Made by a program: the position numbers and the translations under genes. DNA of 64,000 bases from Phoronis australis. Its lineage: Eukaryota > Animalia > Phoronida. Below the pieces are notes generated by a model that was not told the origin of the DNA, ran no database searches, and saw nothing but the letters and a program-made list of their open reading frames with translations. Location of the stretch: NCBI GenBank assembly GCA_002633005.1, contig NMRA01000015.1:1533439-1597438 (forward strand). Reading direction: 5' to 3'. Below, piece after piece: positions 39,101 through 53,200 of the stretch (the stretch's first letter is position 1; each line of letters starts with the position of its first letter).

Positions 39101-40036
39101 TCTGTGACACATCTGTTAGTACGGTGTATGTGGGCAAGCTTTTAGAACACAGAGTGGAGTCTCATAGGTTACTTCTCTGCATAGCCAAACGTATTTTACT
39201 CCACACTGTAAACCAAATGAACTGTTGACCACTGGGAAATTAATTCTAGGTTCACGCGAGTGGAGAATGCTAACAGTTTCTCTGGCTAAAATGCTGGCAT
39301 TTTTGCCAAACAGATGAGCTGACCGTGAACGGGTCATTTCCTGACCACCCAAATTGCTGTTAAAGGAAAACTGATGTCAGAACGTGTTCACTATGCGCTG
39401 TAACTTGGTAGATGTGACGATAAGCATAGGCCTTTTACTTCTTCACGTGTTTCCTTTGATTACGTGGTTTAGCTCCAAAAAGGGAAAGCGAAATTGCACG
39501 TGACTGGCATTTTTGCTACTAGCAAAAGTGCTTGCGAAAAAGCTACCAATTTAACCAGTTTGTGAATAGGTGATACGATGTGGTTGTATTGTAAACTTGT
39601 CTTCATGGCATTTTTAATTCTTGATTTTGGGCAGGTCTCTCAGAACACCAAAGACATCATTCTGGATCTACAGTGCTCTGAATTTCAGCTAATGACAGCT
39701 GCCAACAACTTCGTACACTCCATAGAGAAAGTTGCCATGGCAACATGTGTAGCTAATGATGATGTTCACCAGATTGACAACCTACACTGGCATCACTGGA
39801 CTGACACTAGCGCTACCTGTTGTTGTGGATATGTAACTAGACATAATCAGATGACATTCAAATGTATCTCTTTAGCTGCCAGACACACAGTTGAAGGAAG
39901 TCAAGATGGTAATCCTCATATGATAAAAAATTTGATTGTGGATAGCTTACCTGTCAGATTAAATGGACTTCAGGTTGGTGTGAATGCAGCAAATGTTGTC
40001 TTGGGTATTGCTAATGTAATTGTTTCAAAAGATTAA
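36150..40036 (+). CDS. MKKS: McKusick-Kaufman/Bardet-Biedl syndrome chaperonin-like protein (MKKS/BBS6), 564 aa, 4 coding exons
   Basis: Exons 36150-37152, 37573-37751, 38680-38790, 39635-40036 with compatible phases. Motifs: SSYGPYGMLK, GGHVTVTSTSSRL, HPVLKI, YSDGGLFA (degenerate GDGTT), LVMCQKVIHP, VIDRLG, GGGCWQTHLASYIR, IVDSL. Confidence 0.93.
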
Positions 40037-40159
40037 TGGTCAGCATAGTAAAGTCCAGTTTGTCCCCCCTCTGGGCACAAAATTTGTGGTGAAAGAGTCA
40101 CTTGTTTTTTTAATTTATATTGATAAACAGTGTATGCGGCGTATAGTGTGGGATTTTAA

Positions 40160-40195
40160 AATAAAGTTGGATTAAATGTAACATTTTATTTTATT
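40160..40195. terminator. Facing poly(A) signals of the convergent MKKS (+) and PLOD (-) genes
   Basis: AATAAA at 40160-40165 on plus; TTTATT twice at 40185-40195 (AATAAA on minus). Confidence 0.5.
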
Positions 40196-41143
40196 TAACT
40201 GGTACAAAAATTAGACTAGAAAGATGTAAAAATGTTAATAAGGATTTAGCTTCACAATACACAGACAAGAATTTTATACAAAAGATCTCTACCAAAGTAA
40301 TATGTAATGGGTTAGTTTAAAGTGCTTCTGACTAGGATTGTTGTAAACACATCTGTTACATTATAGGTGGACAACAACAGATTCATAACATTTAAGCACC
40401 AGTATACCAATACAAAATGCAAGAAGAGACTAACAAACTATAAATTGACACTAAGCTACACTATCATAGTTATTAATAGCACCAATATCTTATCACAACT
40501 GTGATACCAACACAGACAAATGTATCCTTGATTAACATATCTTTCAAAAGACAAGGGAAGTATTTGGATAGCAATGATTGTCTCTACTCTAACAACTCCA
40601 TGTAAAATTCTCATAAAGTAACAATACAAAATAATATCTGGCCAAAATAATATTAATGCGTTACAAATTAACTGACCAAAGTTGTGTTCACATGGGTAAG
40701 TTGACCGAGAGTAAGATTTCTCAGAATGATGCAGAGCAACTGATGATGTAGACAGAAATTAAAATGTCTAATTACAAGTTAACATCTATGAGTCAACTTA
40801 CAGAAATAAACCTTTTGAAGGCAGCACAAAAGTATGCTTTATCAGTATAGGCTGGCACAAGGGCACAGGTGTTCCCAAGGACGAAAAGAATATCCGCTAG
40901 TACGCGCTTGCGCAGCTCAAATCTTATGGGAACTTTTCACCCATGGGACTTTTTTTTATCATTTCCACTTCGACACTTAATACCATGTGGACACAGCAAA
41001 GTGAAGAATAACTGGGAGTAACCATGTTACAAGGGGTTAGGTAATAACAGTTGAACAGGGAAGTATAGTGTGAAGATTTTTTAATGTTTTTGGAGATTCA
41101 AAAACTGAGTACTACTAGCAAACTACTGATGAGTATTGGCATG

Positions 41144-41299
41144 TCAGGGGTCTATGAATGAGACCATAATATAGCGAGTGCCTTGAGTGGTGGTAAGACC
41201 CTCGTGAAAGTGTGTCAGTCGTCCAGGAAACATGACTGTCCAACCATCTCTGGTGTCGACCACAGAACAGTTATAACGAATCCATCGACAGCCACCGCC
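41144..41299 (-). CDS. PLOD terminal exon B: [51 protein letters not shown]
   Basis: TCTTGTTCGTTTTAG acceptor, 156 nt, TGA stop; absent from the ORF track. Confidence 0.88.
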   Translation of the reverse strand, partial: GGGCRWIRYNCSVVDTRDGWTVMFPGRLTHFHEGLTTTQGTRYIMVSFIDP

Positions 41300-44200
41300 C
41301 TAAAACGAACAAGACTGACACAGTGAAGCTGAGTGATACTACGGATCAATGAATGAGACCATGATATAGCGCGTGCCAGCAGTAGTAGTGAGCCCCTCGT
41401 GGTAGTGGGTCAGACGGCCAGGGTGAATAAATGCCCAGCCTTCCTTAGTCAAGATCACCGAGCAGTTAGATCGTATGAATCTCGCGCCACCACCCTGCAA
41501 TAGAGCAAAGAGTGAGGTAGGTTGGTGGCTGAGATTAAAGTTGACATGCACAAACTCATGTACACAAACACACTCACCTCTACTGGCCTTTTTAGAGACC
41601 TGATTTTCCTCTGTTACTCATTCTTACTAATATTAAACCACAAGTCACACATCAAAAAATGCATGAAGTTGTTACAAGAAGCGTTTCAGCTGGTAAACTA
41701 TCCATGCAACCACCTGACAGGCAGTGATTTAACCATAGATAGAGTAACTTGATTTACGCAGTTGCAAACGAAAAGAAGCATCATAGCAACACAAGCTTAA
41801 GCAATGGTCTCCGTCACTGGATTACGATCGGAAGAAATTCTTTAGATCAATGTCATATTGAGCAAACATCAAAGTTCTCTAAAGAATTTAAACTCCCGCA
41901 ACAGCACAAAATTACTGAAATCTTCTGTTTCAAGATTCCAATTTTGCATTATGAACACATTTAGCCCCTTTTGCTCCAAGGTTTTACTTAAAATGTTCTG
42001 TATACAGCCACTTAGAAGAGGAGCAGAGTAGCACACAGGCATATGGGACTAAATGTGAACATAAACAGTAATAACAGCTCATCCACAACTTGCATGCGAT
42101 GAAACCCTTTCCTGCATCAACATAATGCTGCTGTATACAGCACATGCTTACTTTAGCACCAAATTAATGGTGAACGTACCTCATGGTCCAAGTCCAGTCG
42201 GATTCAGCGCCACTTCAACGGAGAAAGCCAACTTTTCAGAGTTACTGCCACCCAAAAATGCAATTCACCGATTATCTTACACACACTACTAACTTTAATC
42301 ACTGTGTCCGTGACTTATTAAGTATGCGAGCAGTGAAGTGGTGCAGTTGGTATAAAAGTCTTGTTTCAGGTTTCGGCAGTCCATTTCACCAAGCAAACTG
42401 AATGACCGATATGAGATTATCACAGTCTGAATAACAACCATCTGCATTAGCTCAGTGAAAAGGAATGCAAAACCAGGACACACCAACTAGGTCACTTCAC
42501 TTCATGTTCTATGCATAGTTAATAATGTTTAGGAACACAGTAATTTATGTTAAATGTATGAAGACAGTCAGTTATTTGTATTTTATTAGAAATAATAGCA
42601 GAAATGTTGGCTTTCCCAATGAACATTACCCAGAACAAGACAAAAGTATTCAGACAAAATGACCCATAATTCCCGTCGTAACGACTGGGCAGAAGCCGAA
42701 TTCATTGTCAGGGTAGTCTCCCCTGATGTCCGAGAATAAAGGGGATTTAACAGGAAAGTTAGTATAAAGGTGGCTATGCATTTCTGTGATTAGAATTTTG
42801 TCCCCTAATAGGTATTACTTTTCATTTTCGCTCTTCATAAAATTTGGCCGTCATTACAGGGAAACATTGTTTTGTCTGATTACTTATGTCTTGTAGTGTC
42901 CGTACCTCATAGTCCACTCCAACCTGGTTCAGTGCTACATTGATAGTGTACGTGGAAGAGTCGTGATGGGGCCGTAATGATGCCTGCTCATCAGGTCGGT
43001 AACGCACTACAAAGTTCATGATGGCTCTTGGAGGCTGTAATGACAGCGAATCAATCTCGACATCAACAGGAAAACACGGAACAGGGTCTGACATAAAAAC
43101 CAAACAACATCAGAACTGCATGTAGTAGAGAATACAAATATAACGATTGGTTCTGGTCACCACCACCAGGTGGTGCTGGGTAAAAAAAGATTTCCACCAA
43201 TTTCAGCAGCCAACAGGCGATTTCTTTTTGTTGAAAATAAGGGCTACAAAAAATACATCACTGCAGCATCAATTAAAAGACATTTAGTTTTCAGAAAATT
43301 CAAAAAACAGACCAGAATGAATTATACTATTCTCTTTGTCCTAAAAAGGAAAGCACACTTTCTGTGGTGCCCTAACAAGATGAAATGCGTGTAACACTTC
43401 AAAAATTGAAAACTACCAAAAACAACAGAATCTCCAGTCTATCTAGAATTCAAAAGCTTCCAAGAGTTCACTCAGTGCAAATTACAGCTCAATTTGTTCA
43501 GAAATGCTACCAGTATCGTGCCGAAAAACAAACAAGCATATGCAATCAAACATGACCACGCCCACAAAATGTTTGGCATAAAAATGATTTTAGCAATACC
43601 ACATTTCGACTTGTTTCCATTTCACTGGATTCTGAGTTTGAATAGCAAAAATTATTTTGGCCTGCTAACTAATGATCATTAAAAAAGAAATAGTTGACAT
43701 GTGAAAAGCTACAACACAAAACCAGGAAATAACCAAGACTTGTATTCCGCAGTGCATTGCATCTAGTACTCACATCACTGTAATAGCCAAGGAAGACCTT
43801 CTGTTGCATAGGTTGTACCCACTGTTGCAGTACATAAAGCCACTCCTGTTCATAGTTGATCTGATTCATGTGGATATCTCTAGTAGGTACGTTCTCATAC
43901 CCTCCTGCCAGCCGAGTGTCCTGTGGTACAATAGGAAAAGAATCCTAAAAATTCAAATTCTCCTACCATCTGCATAAAGACACTCTTTGATACACGCATA
44001 TCACGAACATACTCCATTGATATCATGAATGTACTCTCTTAAGTAATCCAATTTACAATAATAATAGCAACTGTGATATGGCAATATGAGATGGACATTT
44101 TTAGTAACTACATTTTCATTCTTGTCAAACATACAATATGGATGAATGTAACTCAACACAAGTACAGCAATGAAAATTTTTTTCTCAAATGGCTGTGTTC

Positions 44201-47200
44201 TCAATGCTCTACACGGGATACCCAAAATGAAATCAGCACCCTCATATTTACACTGAACTCCAGTAAACCAGTGTGTTACCTGATTAGAACCTCCAGACCA
44301 CTCTCCAAAGTGCTCCATCTCTTCTCTCAAGTGTTTTGTATACTTCAGACTCATGATGGGGAACCAGTAGACATCAGGACAAGGCTATGAACAGTAATAA
44401 CGGTAATAATAAACACAATAATAATAATAAAGTTTATTTAAGTCATTTTCAATAATCACCAAGCAGAAATCACCAAGCAGAAATCACCAAGCAGGTCATA
44501 GCAATTAATCGCATATCTGTCATAATCTCAACTGACACCAAGAAGAAAAAAGATATCAACAACAAAGCTGTGGTCTTATCAATATTGCCATTGTCACGGA
44601 GATTTTGTAAATATTGATTTAAGTCATAAATGTACTTGGCAAGACAACGATGATAGACAGGTTCACTACGTCCAAATTTTGACATTTGTTGGAATTTTTG
44701 GGGGAAAGTGGAAACTACTCATTTTTGGAAAACTCATGGAATGAAGAATCAGAAAATAATTGATTCAATTTTTGGAGGCCATCTTGGATTTTCAAAACTG
44801 GTGCTGCTAAAATAGATTTTGCCCAATATATCCGCCCTTGGGTCAGTGAGAATGTTACTTGTTTTAATGGCTGCACCCACATTTTGTGGGGTATGGAATT
44901 GAAAAACACTATTTCTAAAATGATACATATAACCTAAATGATTTTTAATAGCAGCTATGAACCCCCATAATATTTAAAGGAATTACAGAAACGCAGATTA
45001 ACATTTATTTACAGTATATAATCTTTTTGAAAAGACATTTGAGACATATGTTTTGAAGATTTCGATATTATTTCCACTGTTCACTTTGGAATCCAGCCCT
45101 CCTCTACTCAATGGAAATGCATTTAGTCGGATGGCAGATAATTTTGGCAGTAACCAGGCTGAGGATTAATGATAGGAGTTGTAGCCTGCTGTGCAAATCG
45201 ACCAGAAACATGCTATCAGCCACTCTGAATTCACCCTAACACCAAGAGCAATCTTTGCTGCCAGAGGGGCAATGCTGCCATGCACAGACAAGTCGAATCG
45301 AATCCACCTTTTGCAGAAACTTTCTGAAACAGACGTCTTAGAACAAGACAGTCCTCAAGCTGCAAGAGAGGTTTTAAATCCAGACAACATATAAACAACA
45401 TCCACTGAGTTTGTTCACCCAAGCCACAAAACTGCATGTATGGATAGTATGGAAGTGATGTTCTTAACTAGAGATTATGAAAATATCATTCTGGTTGTTG
45501 ACACCCACAAAGACAACTCTTTGAAACCACCCACAAGAGAAAAAGAGGCAGAGAAAAGGTCGAGTACGGTACCCGATAAAAGACGAGACTTACATACAGA
45601 ACATCCCATGACCAAAAAAGGCTCAACGTACTGAATATCTGTCTGCAAAGACATTTGAATAATTATAGTAAAGACTCTGTCAAGATAGCCATTACTTCAG
45701 CTTCAGGATGCACAAAGCACAACCGACGTGATCTACGTTTAGAAGAAAACAATCACGAAGAAGCAGATACATTGCTAATACATCATGCAGTCCTGGCATC
45801 ACATCAAAATGTCGGATTCTCAGCTGATGTTTTTTCATCTGACATAGATGTACTGCTCGTCATTGACTATTATGACAGGCTTCTCAGAAATACTTCAGTC
45901 ACCAGGCAATCTGGGATTGTGGATGTGAATCCAATATGGTCAACATTAGGTGCTTTCAAGGCAAAGGCTCTTCCGGCTTTCCATGCTTTTACAAGGACAG
46001 ACAACATTGGTCCATTCTATAGATTGAATATATATTTGAAGGCAAACACTGATGATATCAATGCTCTGCAAACTTTTTGTACTGCTTATGAAGTAACGGG
46101 TGAACCTCTTTTCACGTTAGCTCCTTTTACATGTGCATACTCACCACAGGGCATACACACAAATAGCATCCCAGAGCTGAGGTGGTACCTCTTCTGTAAA
46201 CATGCCTGACAGTGACACACGTCTACCAACCATTGGTACTTTCAAACAGCAGGTGCTGAGGGTGTTTATTCAAGCCAGAGTGTGGGGCCAGGCAGTCATT
46301 GCTCGACAGGAATTCCTTGACCCATTACAGAATGAATTTACAAGGACAAAGAGACTAGCTGAAACCCTCAATACTGAGGAGCTTCCGGCGCCAGAGGCTA
46401 TCATTGAGATAAATAGATGCTAGTGCAAAAACTATTGCTCTTCCCAAAGACGCTCTTACCAATCAAAGGACCTACCTTACAAAGATCTATGTCAGTATAA
46501 TGCAGAATGTAAGAATGGTGATGATGATGTGATTCCTGCTGACAGTGATGGCTATAGTAGTGATCTATAGACTGATTTGAAACAGGTGACAGTGATGGCT
46601 ATAGTAGTGATCTATAGACTGATTTCAAAGTTTTGAAAGACTATTGACACTACAAAAAACATACTTTCATGTTCTGCAAACGTAAATAAGTTGTTGTTGA
46701 AGGAAACAAGCTATGAACAAAATATACAAGAAAGTAAGATTGTGATCAAATGTGTTGGATTACATGAAGAATGCATTTAGAAAATGTGGCTGCTAATAAA
46801 TGGGGTTTTGAATATGTTTCTCATTTAACAAGTTGCATTTTCAGATTTCTTGACCACAAAAATGTGAGTGCTGCCATTAAAACTAACATTCTAAGTGACA
46901 AAAGAGCAAAGATACTGTCAGAGGAAAATGTATTTTACCAGCCCATTTTTAAAAATCCAAAATGGCTGCCAAGATGGCCATCAATAAAATAAAATTTCCA
47001 AGTCTTGACCAGAGGAATGCAGGTGTAGCCATAAAAACCAATATTCTAAGTGAACCAAATGCAGACTGAAATATTGTTCAAAATCCATTTTACCATCGCC
47101 ATTTTTGAATATCCAAGACGGCTGCCAAAAAAATTGAATCAATTATTTTCTGATTTGTCATTCCACGAGGTTTCCAAAAATGTACAGTTTCCACTTTTCC

Positions 47201-50200
47201 CAAAAAAATCCAACAAACCTGACTATAACAGCAGGATCACATAGACAAACAAATTCACTCGCATGATGATGTCATAATGAGGTATCACAGGTGCAGTAGC
47301 CATAACAACCCTACACAGCAGTGGTCGTAATATCAACCCCTTAAAACAGTAGTCAACAATTCAACACTTTAATGAGAACATCATGAAAATCCCCAACGTG
47401 ACGTGAACCAAATCAATCATGGAGTATTCATTAGTATTTGGCATACTTAAAAGGTGATTATTGGCAACAACATTGTGTATTTAAGATCAGTCCCAAGACG
47501 AGACATGCTCCCAAAGCCTCAGCAGCTCAAGCCCAATATGGCAAGTAGCCAAGTACATTAAGCATGTTCAACTGATAAGGTCACCGGTCTCAATCTCAGT
47601 CAAATCTACTGAATGTCTGTCTACAAGCCATCGGAATTGGTGAAAACTACAAAAACAGAGAATTTTGCCATTCTTTCACTCTAGTTAAAAGCGAATAATA
47701 GTCTATCAAACATAACATTAATCCCCAAAATGCATTCTTTAGCCATAAAACCAATTGTTTCCCTTTTACACCATTGTCATGTCATCATGACCCATCAACT
47801 CAAGCCAGTGTTGTGGGGTAACTCCATTACCTGAGGCACCTCGGTCTCCTCGTTCAAGTAGTGCTGATACTCAGCATGGATGTACTTCTTCTCCCAGTCC
47901 TAAAATAATAACAAGAACAATAAGACATCACTGCTCATTGTTATCATTCATTACATTGCAGAGCAATTTATAATGACAGTAACACACAACAGTAACACAC
48001 GACAGTAAAACAGTGAGCAATGAAACACAAAAAGAGCATGACAAAGGTAAAAGGAACATCCGTTTCAGCAAACTTTAAAATAGGCTGAGGTCATCTGAAA
48101 TAAACAGTAGTTTGCAAAAAAGACACAATTTTACAGCACGTGCTCAATTGTAACTAAGTTACTAAGTAAACACTGGACATTCATTTAAAGTGGACATCAT
48201 CAACATTGCACAATGAGGTTGATGATACGAGAGTGTATTAATATTTGGACACTTACATGACAATTGTACAAATGAAAGTGAGCTGCAGAGCTGGAGACCT
48301 AACTCCTGGGTCCAGCAGTGGGTTAGAAAGGGAATCAAACTTACCCACAAACCTACCCATACTGGGAGACTGCTACTACTAGGTAGCCCTGCATTCACAA
48401 TCAGACAAACATTTAAATAGGTAAATGGGTACAAAAAGCCATGTATTTATGACTGAATAGAGTCAACTGAACTGAACTGAACTGAACTGAAAAGAGTACT
48501 TAGGCCAGACATCATGGTGTTATCTATCAACTGAAGCCACTCACTATCAGCTTGTAACATAACTCAGCATTTAGTCATGAAACCACTCTATTCCCACTTC
48601 AAACATATTGCTTTTTGCACATAAAAGAAGACTTATAAATTTCAACTATTTACATTGAGTTCCGTTTTAATAGCAATTTCCCAGTTTTCCCCAAACTCAA
48701 TCACATCAAACTACAATAACTGCAAGCTGACATCAGTTACAGTCAGTCTAACCCAGAAGCGTCTTCAGACATATTACTTACGTATCTGTTGTTCCAAATT
48801 TCCCACATGTCAGCATGTAAGTGATCATACAGCTTATAGGTGTCGCTGTTTATTAAGTAACCAAAGTCGAATTCATTCCACACATGCATGAAAACGCCCT
48901 AAAATGAACGAGTGATAATTTCCATAAGCGTGTTTGATGACAGATTGGTACAAAAAATTCCTAGTCTAGAAATTGGAAAAATTAGTTGTGCTTTCTGAAA
49001 GATCAATAAATTATAAATTCAAAATTTTAGTATTAAATAATTGTTTTACAAAATAACAACAGATCACGAAAGAAGCAAAAATTTTGTTCCAGTATTTCAA
49101 AGCACATTTTCTTTTCCATGTTTAAGCTTAATAGAAGGAAACTGAAAAAATGTCTACAAATACGATGTTGTTTTTTTAGCTAAATTAGCAGCATAAGGTT
49201 GAGAATGACTGCTGATAACATATTGTATTTACACACATAAAATGATGTACAATCAAAACATAGGACATTGCACATGTGTAAATACATTATGATATCAGCA
49301 ATCAGTGTCAGTTTTCTAATGTCAATTAATATTGCACTAGAACACTTGACATGCTACACGACCTCAATCATAAATAGTCCACATTTGAATACAGGAGATG
49401 CACCACATTTAGATGTTAAGGCATAAATACACCCCTATATTGTGGCTAATTATGACCCTACAAATACTCACCAGTTCTCTTAGACGTTCACAGACTGCCA
49501 TGTCAGCATCAAGATTTGAAATATATCGACTGATAAAGGCACCTTGGAGTTGTTCTACCACAGGGCCGTGAATAAGGTAAGCACCAGACACATAGGGGAC
49601 ATTCCACAGACCCCTGTAGAAATAGAAGGGAAATTTATTTTGTGAACAAACCTCCAGTCCCTATTACGATCACACGATACATCATAGAGAGAATAGGAAA
49701 TCTGATCCTAAATTTCTTTCTTTAAATTTGAGAATTCATTTCAGCGTTTCTCAACATAACTTAAATATTTAGACATATTCTGCCAGTATTCAAATCGTGG
49801 GTCAGTGAAAAATTTCTATGTATATTCAACATGACGATGTAATGCGATTTGGCCATAAATTAGCATAGATCCAAGTAGAGTATACAATGCTCAGGTAATT
49901 CGATTCAACTAGTCATGACTGTCAGAGAACGCAGTGTCTCATTTTACAAATTTGTCATAAAAACCGATAAATAAATAAAAACACCGGTGCCGACATAACG
50001 GTTCAAAACACTGTAACCAATCGGATGAACTAAGTTTCATTTCACATCTTTACATTTACAGCACTTTAATATAAAGTCCTTAAGTACATTAACAGTTTCA
50101 TTAACAGAATTCAACTCACAGCTTCTTCCCTTGTGCAATGTCCATGTAATCATCTGACCTGGCATAGTAACCCTTTGGAGTGAGAGCACCCCAGAAGTTG

Positions 50201-53200
50201 GACCATAGTAGCTTCGGTCGCCGCACCATTGGTGCGATCACAGATCTGAAGATCCAAATGGTAACACGATGAGTGACTGCAGTACTAACACAAATGTTCA
50301 TTGTATTCATTCCGNATATTGTGGCTAATTATGACCCTACAAATACTCACCAGTTCTCTTAGACGTTCACAGACTGCCATGTCAGCATCAAGATTTGAAA
50401 TATATCGACTGATAAAGGCACCTTGGAGTTGTTCTACCACAGGGCCGTGAATAAGGTACACACCAGACACATAGGGGACATTCCACAGACCCCTGTAGAA
50501 ATAGAAGGGAAATTTATTTTGTGAACAAACCTCCAGTCCCTATTACGATCACACGATACATCATAGAGAGAATAGGAAATCTGATCCTAAATTTCTTTCT
50601 TTAAATTTGAGAATTCATTTCAGCGTTTCTCAACATAACTTAAATATTTAGACATATTCTGCCAGTATTCAAATCGTGGGTCAGTGAAAAACTCACAGCT
50701 TCTTCCCTTGTGCAATGTCCATGTAATCATCTGACCTGGCATAGTAACCCTTTGGAGTGAGAGCACCCCAGAAGTTGGACCATAGTAGCTTCGGTCGCCG
50801 CACCATTGGGGCGATCACAGATCTGAAGATCCAAATGGTAACACGATGAGTGACTGCAGTACTAACACAAATGTTTATTGTATTCATTCCGGTCAACACC
50901 TACGTTTGACTAAGTGTCCAACTCTAATTTTCAAAATTTTCACCAGTGCCCCGTTGAACACCCACCAGTTAATTTATATACTTGAGTCACTTTGAGCTCC
51001 TTGAGACACCATATCTTTGTGATCGCTGGCCTCAACTCAGAATCACCATATTACCAGCATTTTGTTGAACTCTCACCCTAGAAGTGGCTCACAGAAATGT
51101 AACTCCCTGACTGTTTACCTGATCTACCAACTGAGGCGAACACCCACCCTCACTTTGCTTAAGCTTCACATTTAAATGCTTATGCTCAGCTACATGTCAA
51201 CACATCGATTTTTAAGCACCTGGGGTTTAAACTAGACGAATACAGACAGGGGTGCATTCGCTAGATAAAAGACTATTGTGAAAAAGTAGGAAAACATAAA
51301 ATCGGGCAGGTGAAACGCGGGTATTTTGCAAGTCTCCTAGGGACTTTGCCAGAGAACACCAGCAAAATGGCAGCAACTGAAGAGATTGGTCAGCAAGGCT
51401 GAACTGTTCATCTATAGGATAGAGCTCACAGCTTCCATTCCAGAAGCGAGGGTTTCTTGCCGCGAGTGCCTTGCTAGAGACTTACATTACAGGAATACAA
51501 GTCTGCATGGTCATAGGCTTACTCAAGTGCGTTTATTTAAATGTAGAGCATGCGTGTTATTTGTTACCTGTTTTGCTGTATAAGGAGAGCCAGAGTCTCC
51601 TGTAATTCCAGCTGGACATCAGAGTCAACAGAGAAGTAGTATTTACAGCTGACTTTCAGACATTCATCTCTACAAGTACAACAGAAGAGTCATAGCACGG
51701 TTTAACCCATGTTTAAAGTGTAATGATTTAGATTATTGCTAGGTATTATTACTTTAAATTTATTAATTCCTATCACATTGTTTTGACCTCCCCTCTGTAT
51801 GGTTGCCATGATGTCTGAATTCAATCAATCAGCCAATGATAACAGAAAGCTGCTGTCCAGCACAAGGGCGCCCTTGAGACAAGTACAATACATGTCACTG
51901 GCTCTACAAGTAGAATAGATGCTTCACCTTGAGTTGCTCATTCCTTCTTGCATTTCAAATAGCGCCATGGCAACTCTTCATCAACACAACTGTATTTTCT
52001 GGGATATGAAAAGCTTCACTGTACAGAGAACAGGAGCAGGTGTCTGTGAAGCTACCTTGAGAAAATACAGTAGTTTTTAATGAAGATAGCGTTAATGAAG
52101 GGCTGCTACTGAACTACCTAAAATGTGAGAAGGAATGAGAGACTTAGATAATGTTATGTGAACACAAAATGGACATAACTGCCTACTGGTAGTAGCTGAT
52201 CAGTACATGTATCATTAGACTATGGGAGAGCCAACAAATGCTGACTTTGTGCAGAGGTGACTTGATGTCCAATGGCACTACAATATCGATCTCTAATTTC
52301 GGATAAAAATAATCACAAAAAATTTCCATTTTTTTAGTTTTCAAAACCTTCTTAAATTGTAGTGAGAGCCCACAATCCTTCAAAATAATGTCCGAAGCCA
52401 TGAAACAGAATTTGAAAATGGCAAACCTTGAGTTTGTGCTATTTCTTTATTTTTTAAAATGGGAAAAAGAAATATTCCTCGTCCACCACAATGGTCAGAC
52501 TACACCATACTTCAAGATTGTGATGACCCCATGCCAAAACTTCAAACCACTTACATTCCCTTGTTCCTTGCATTCCACTCATTCAACTCTCCTGGACCCG
52601 ACGTCATAACTGACTTGTAACTGTCACCGTAACTAGACACAAACTCGTCCACCTCCTGGCTGTGACCTTTCTCCTGTGGCAGACAAATTCATAACCTTCC
52701 CAGAAGATTGCATGTCAACAAAACATGGAATCAATACAGAGTACGAGGCAGGTGATTTAACTGGTCTAAAAGATGGCTTGACCTGACATGTGCATGCTAC
52801 AGCGCGAGTTTCATGCCATTCCGACCAAGCAAAATGTCACCCGTGAAAAGCGGGGGTTTTTCGAATAAACTCGGGATCTTACTGACATGGACTAGCAAAA
52901 TGGCCACCACCGAACTGAAAAGTTGGCTAAGCTGTGATGCTGAATTATGGGAAAAACGTATGCGTAAACATGTTGTTTCCACTCTATAAGTAAAGATTTG
53001 TCACCGCAAAGTTGCGTCACTGAATGCAGAATTGGCCATTCTTATTTTAGCATTCACCTAGCACCCAATCCCTAAGGGTCATTCAATAAACAAACAACAA
53101 TGCCAATAAACATTCTCGCCTACTTTTCATGAAACCTTTATTACAGCTATTACAACATAATTTCACATTTCAGTCAGAAAAGCAGAATGGACCAAAACTA

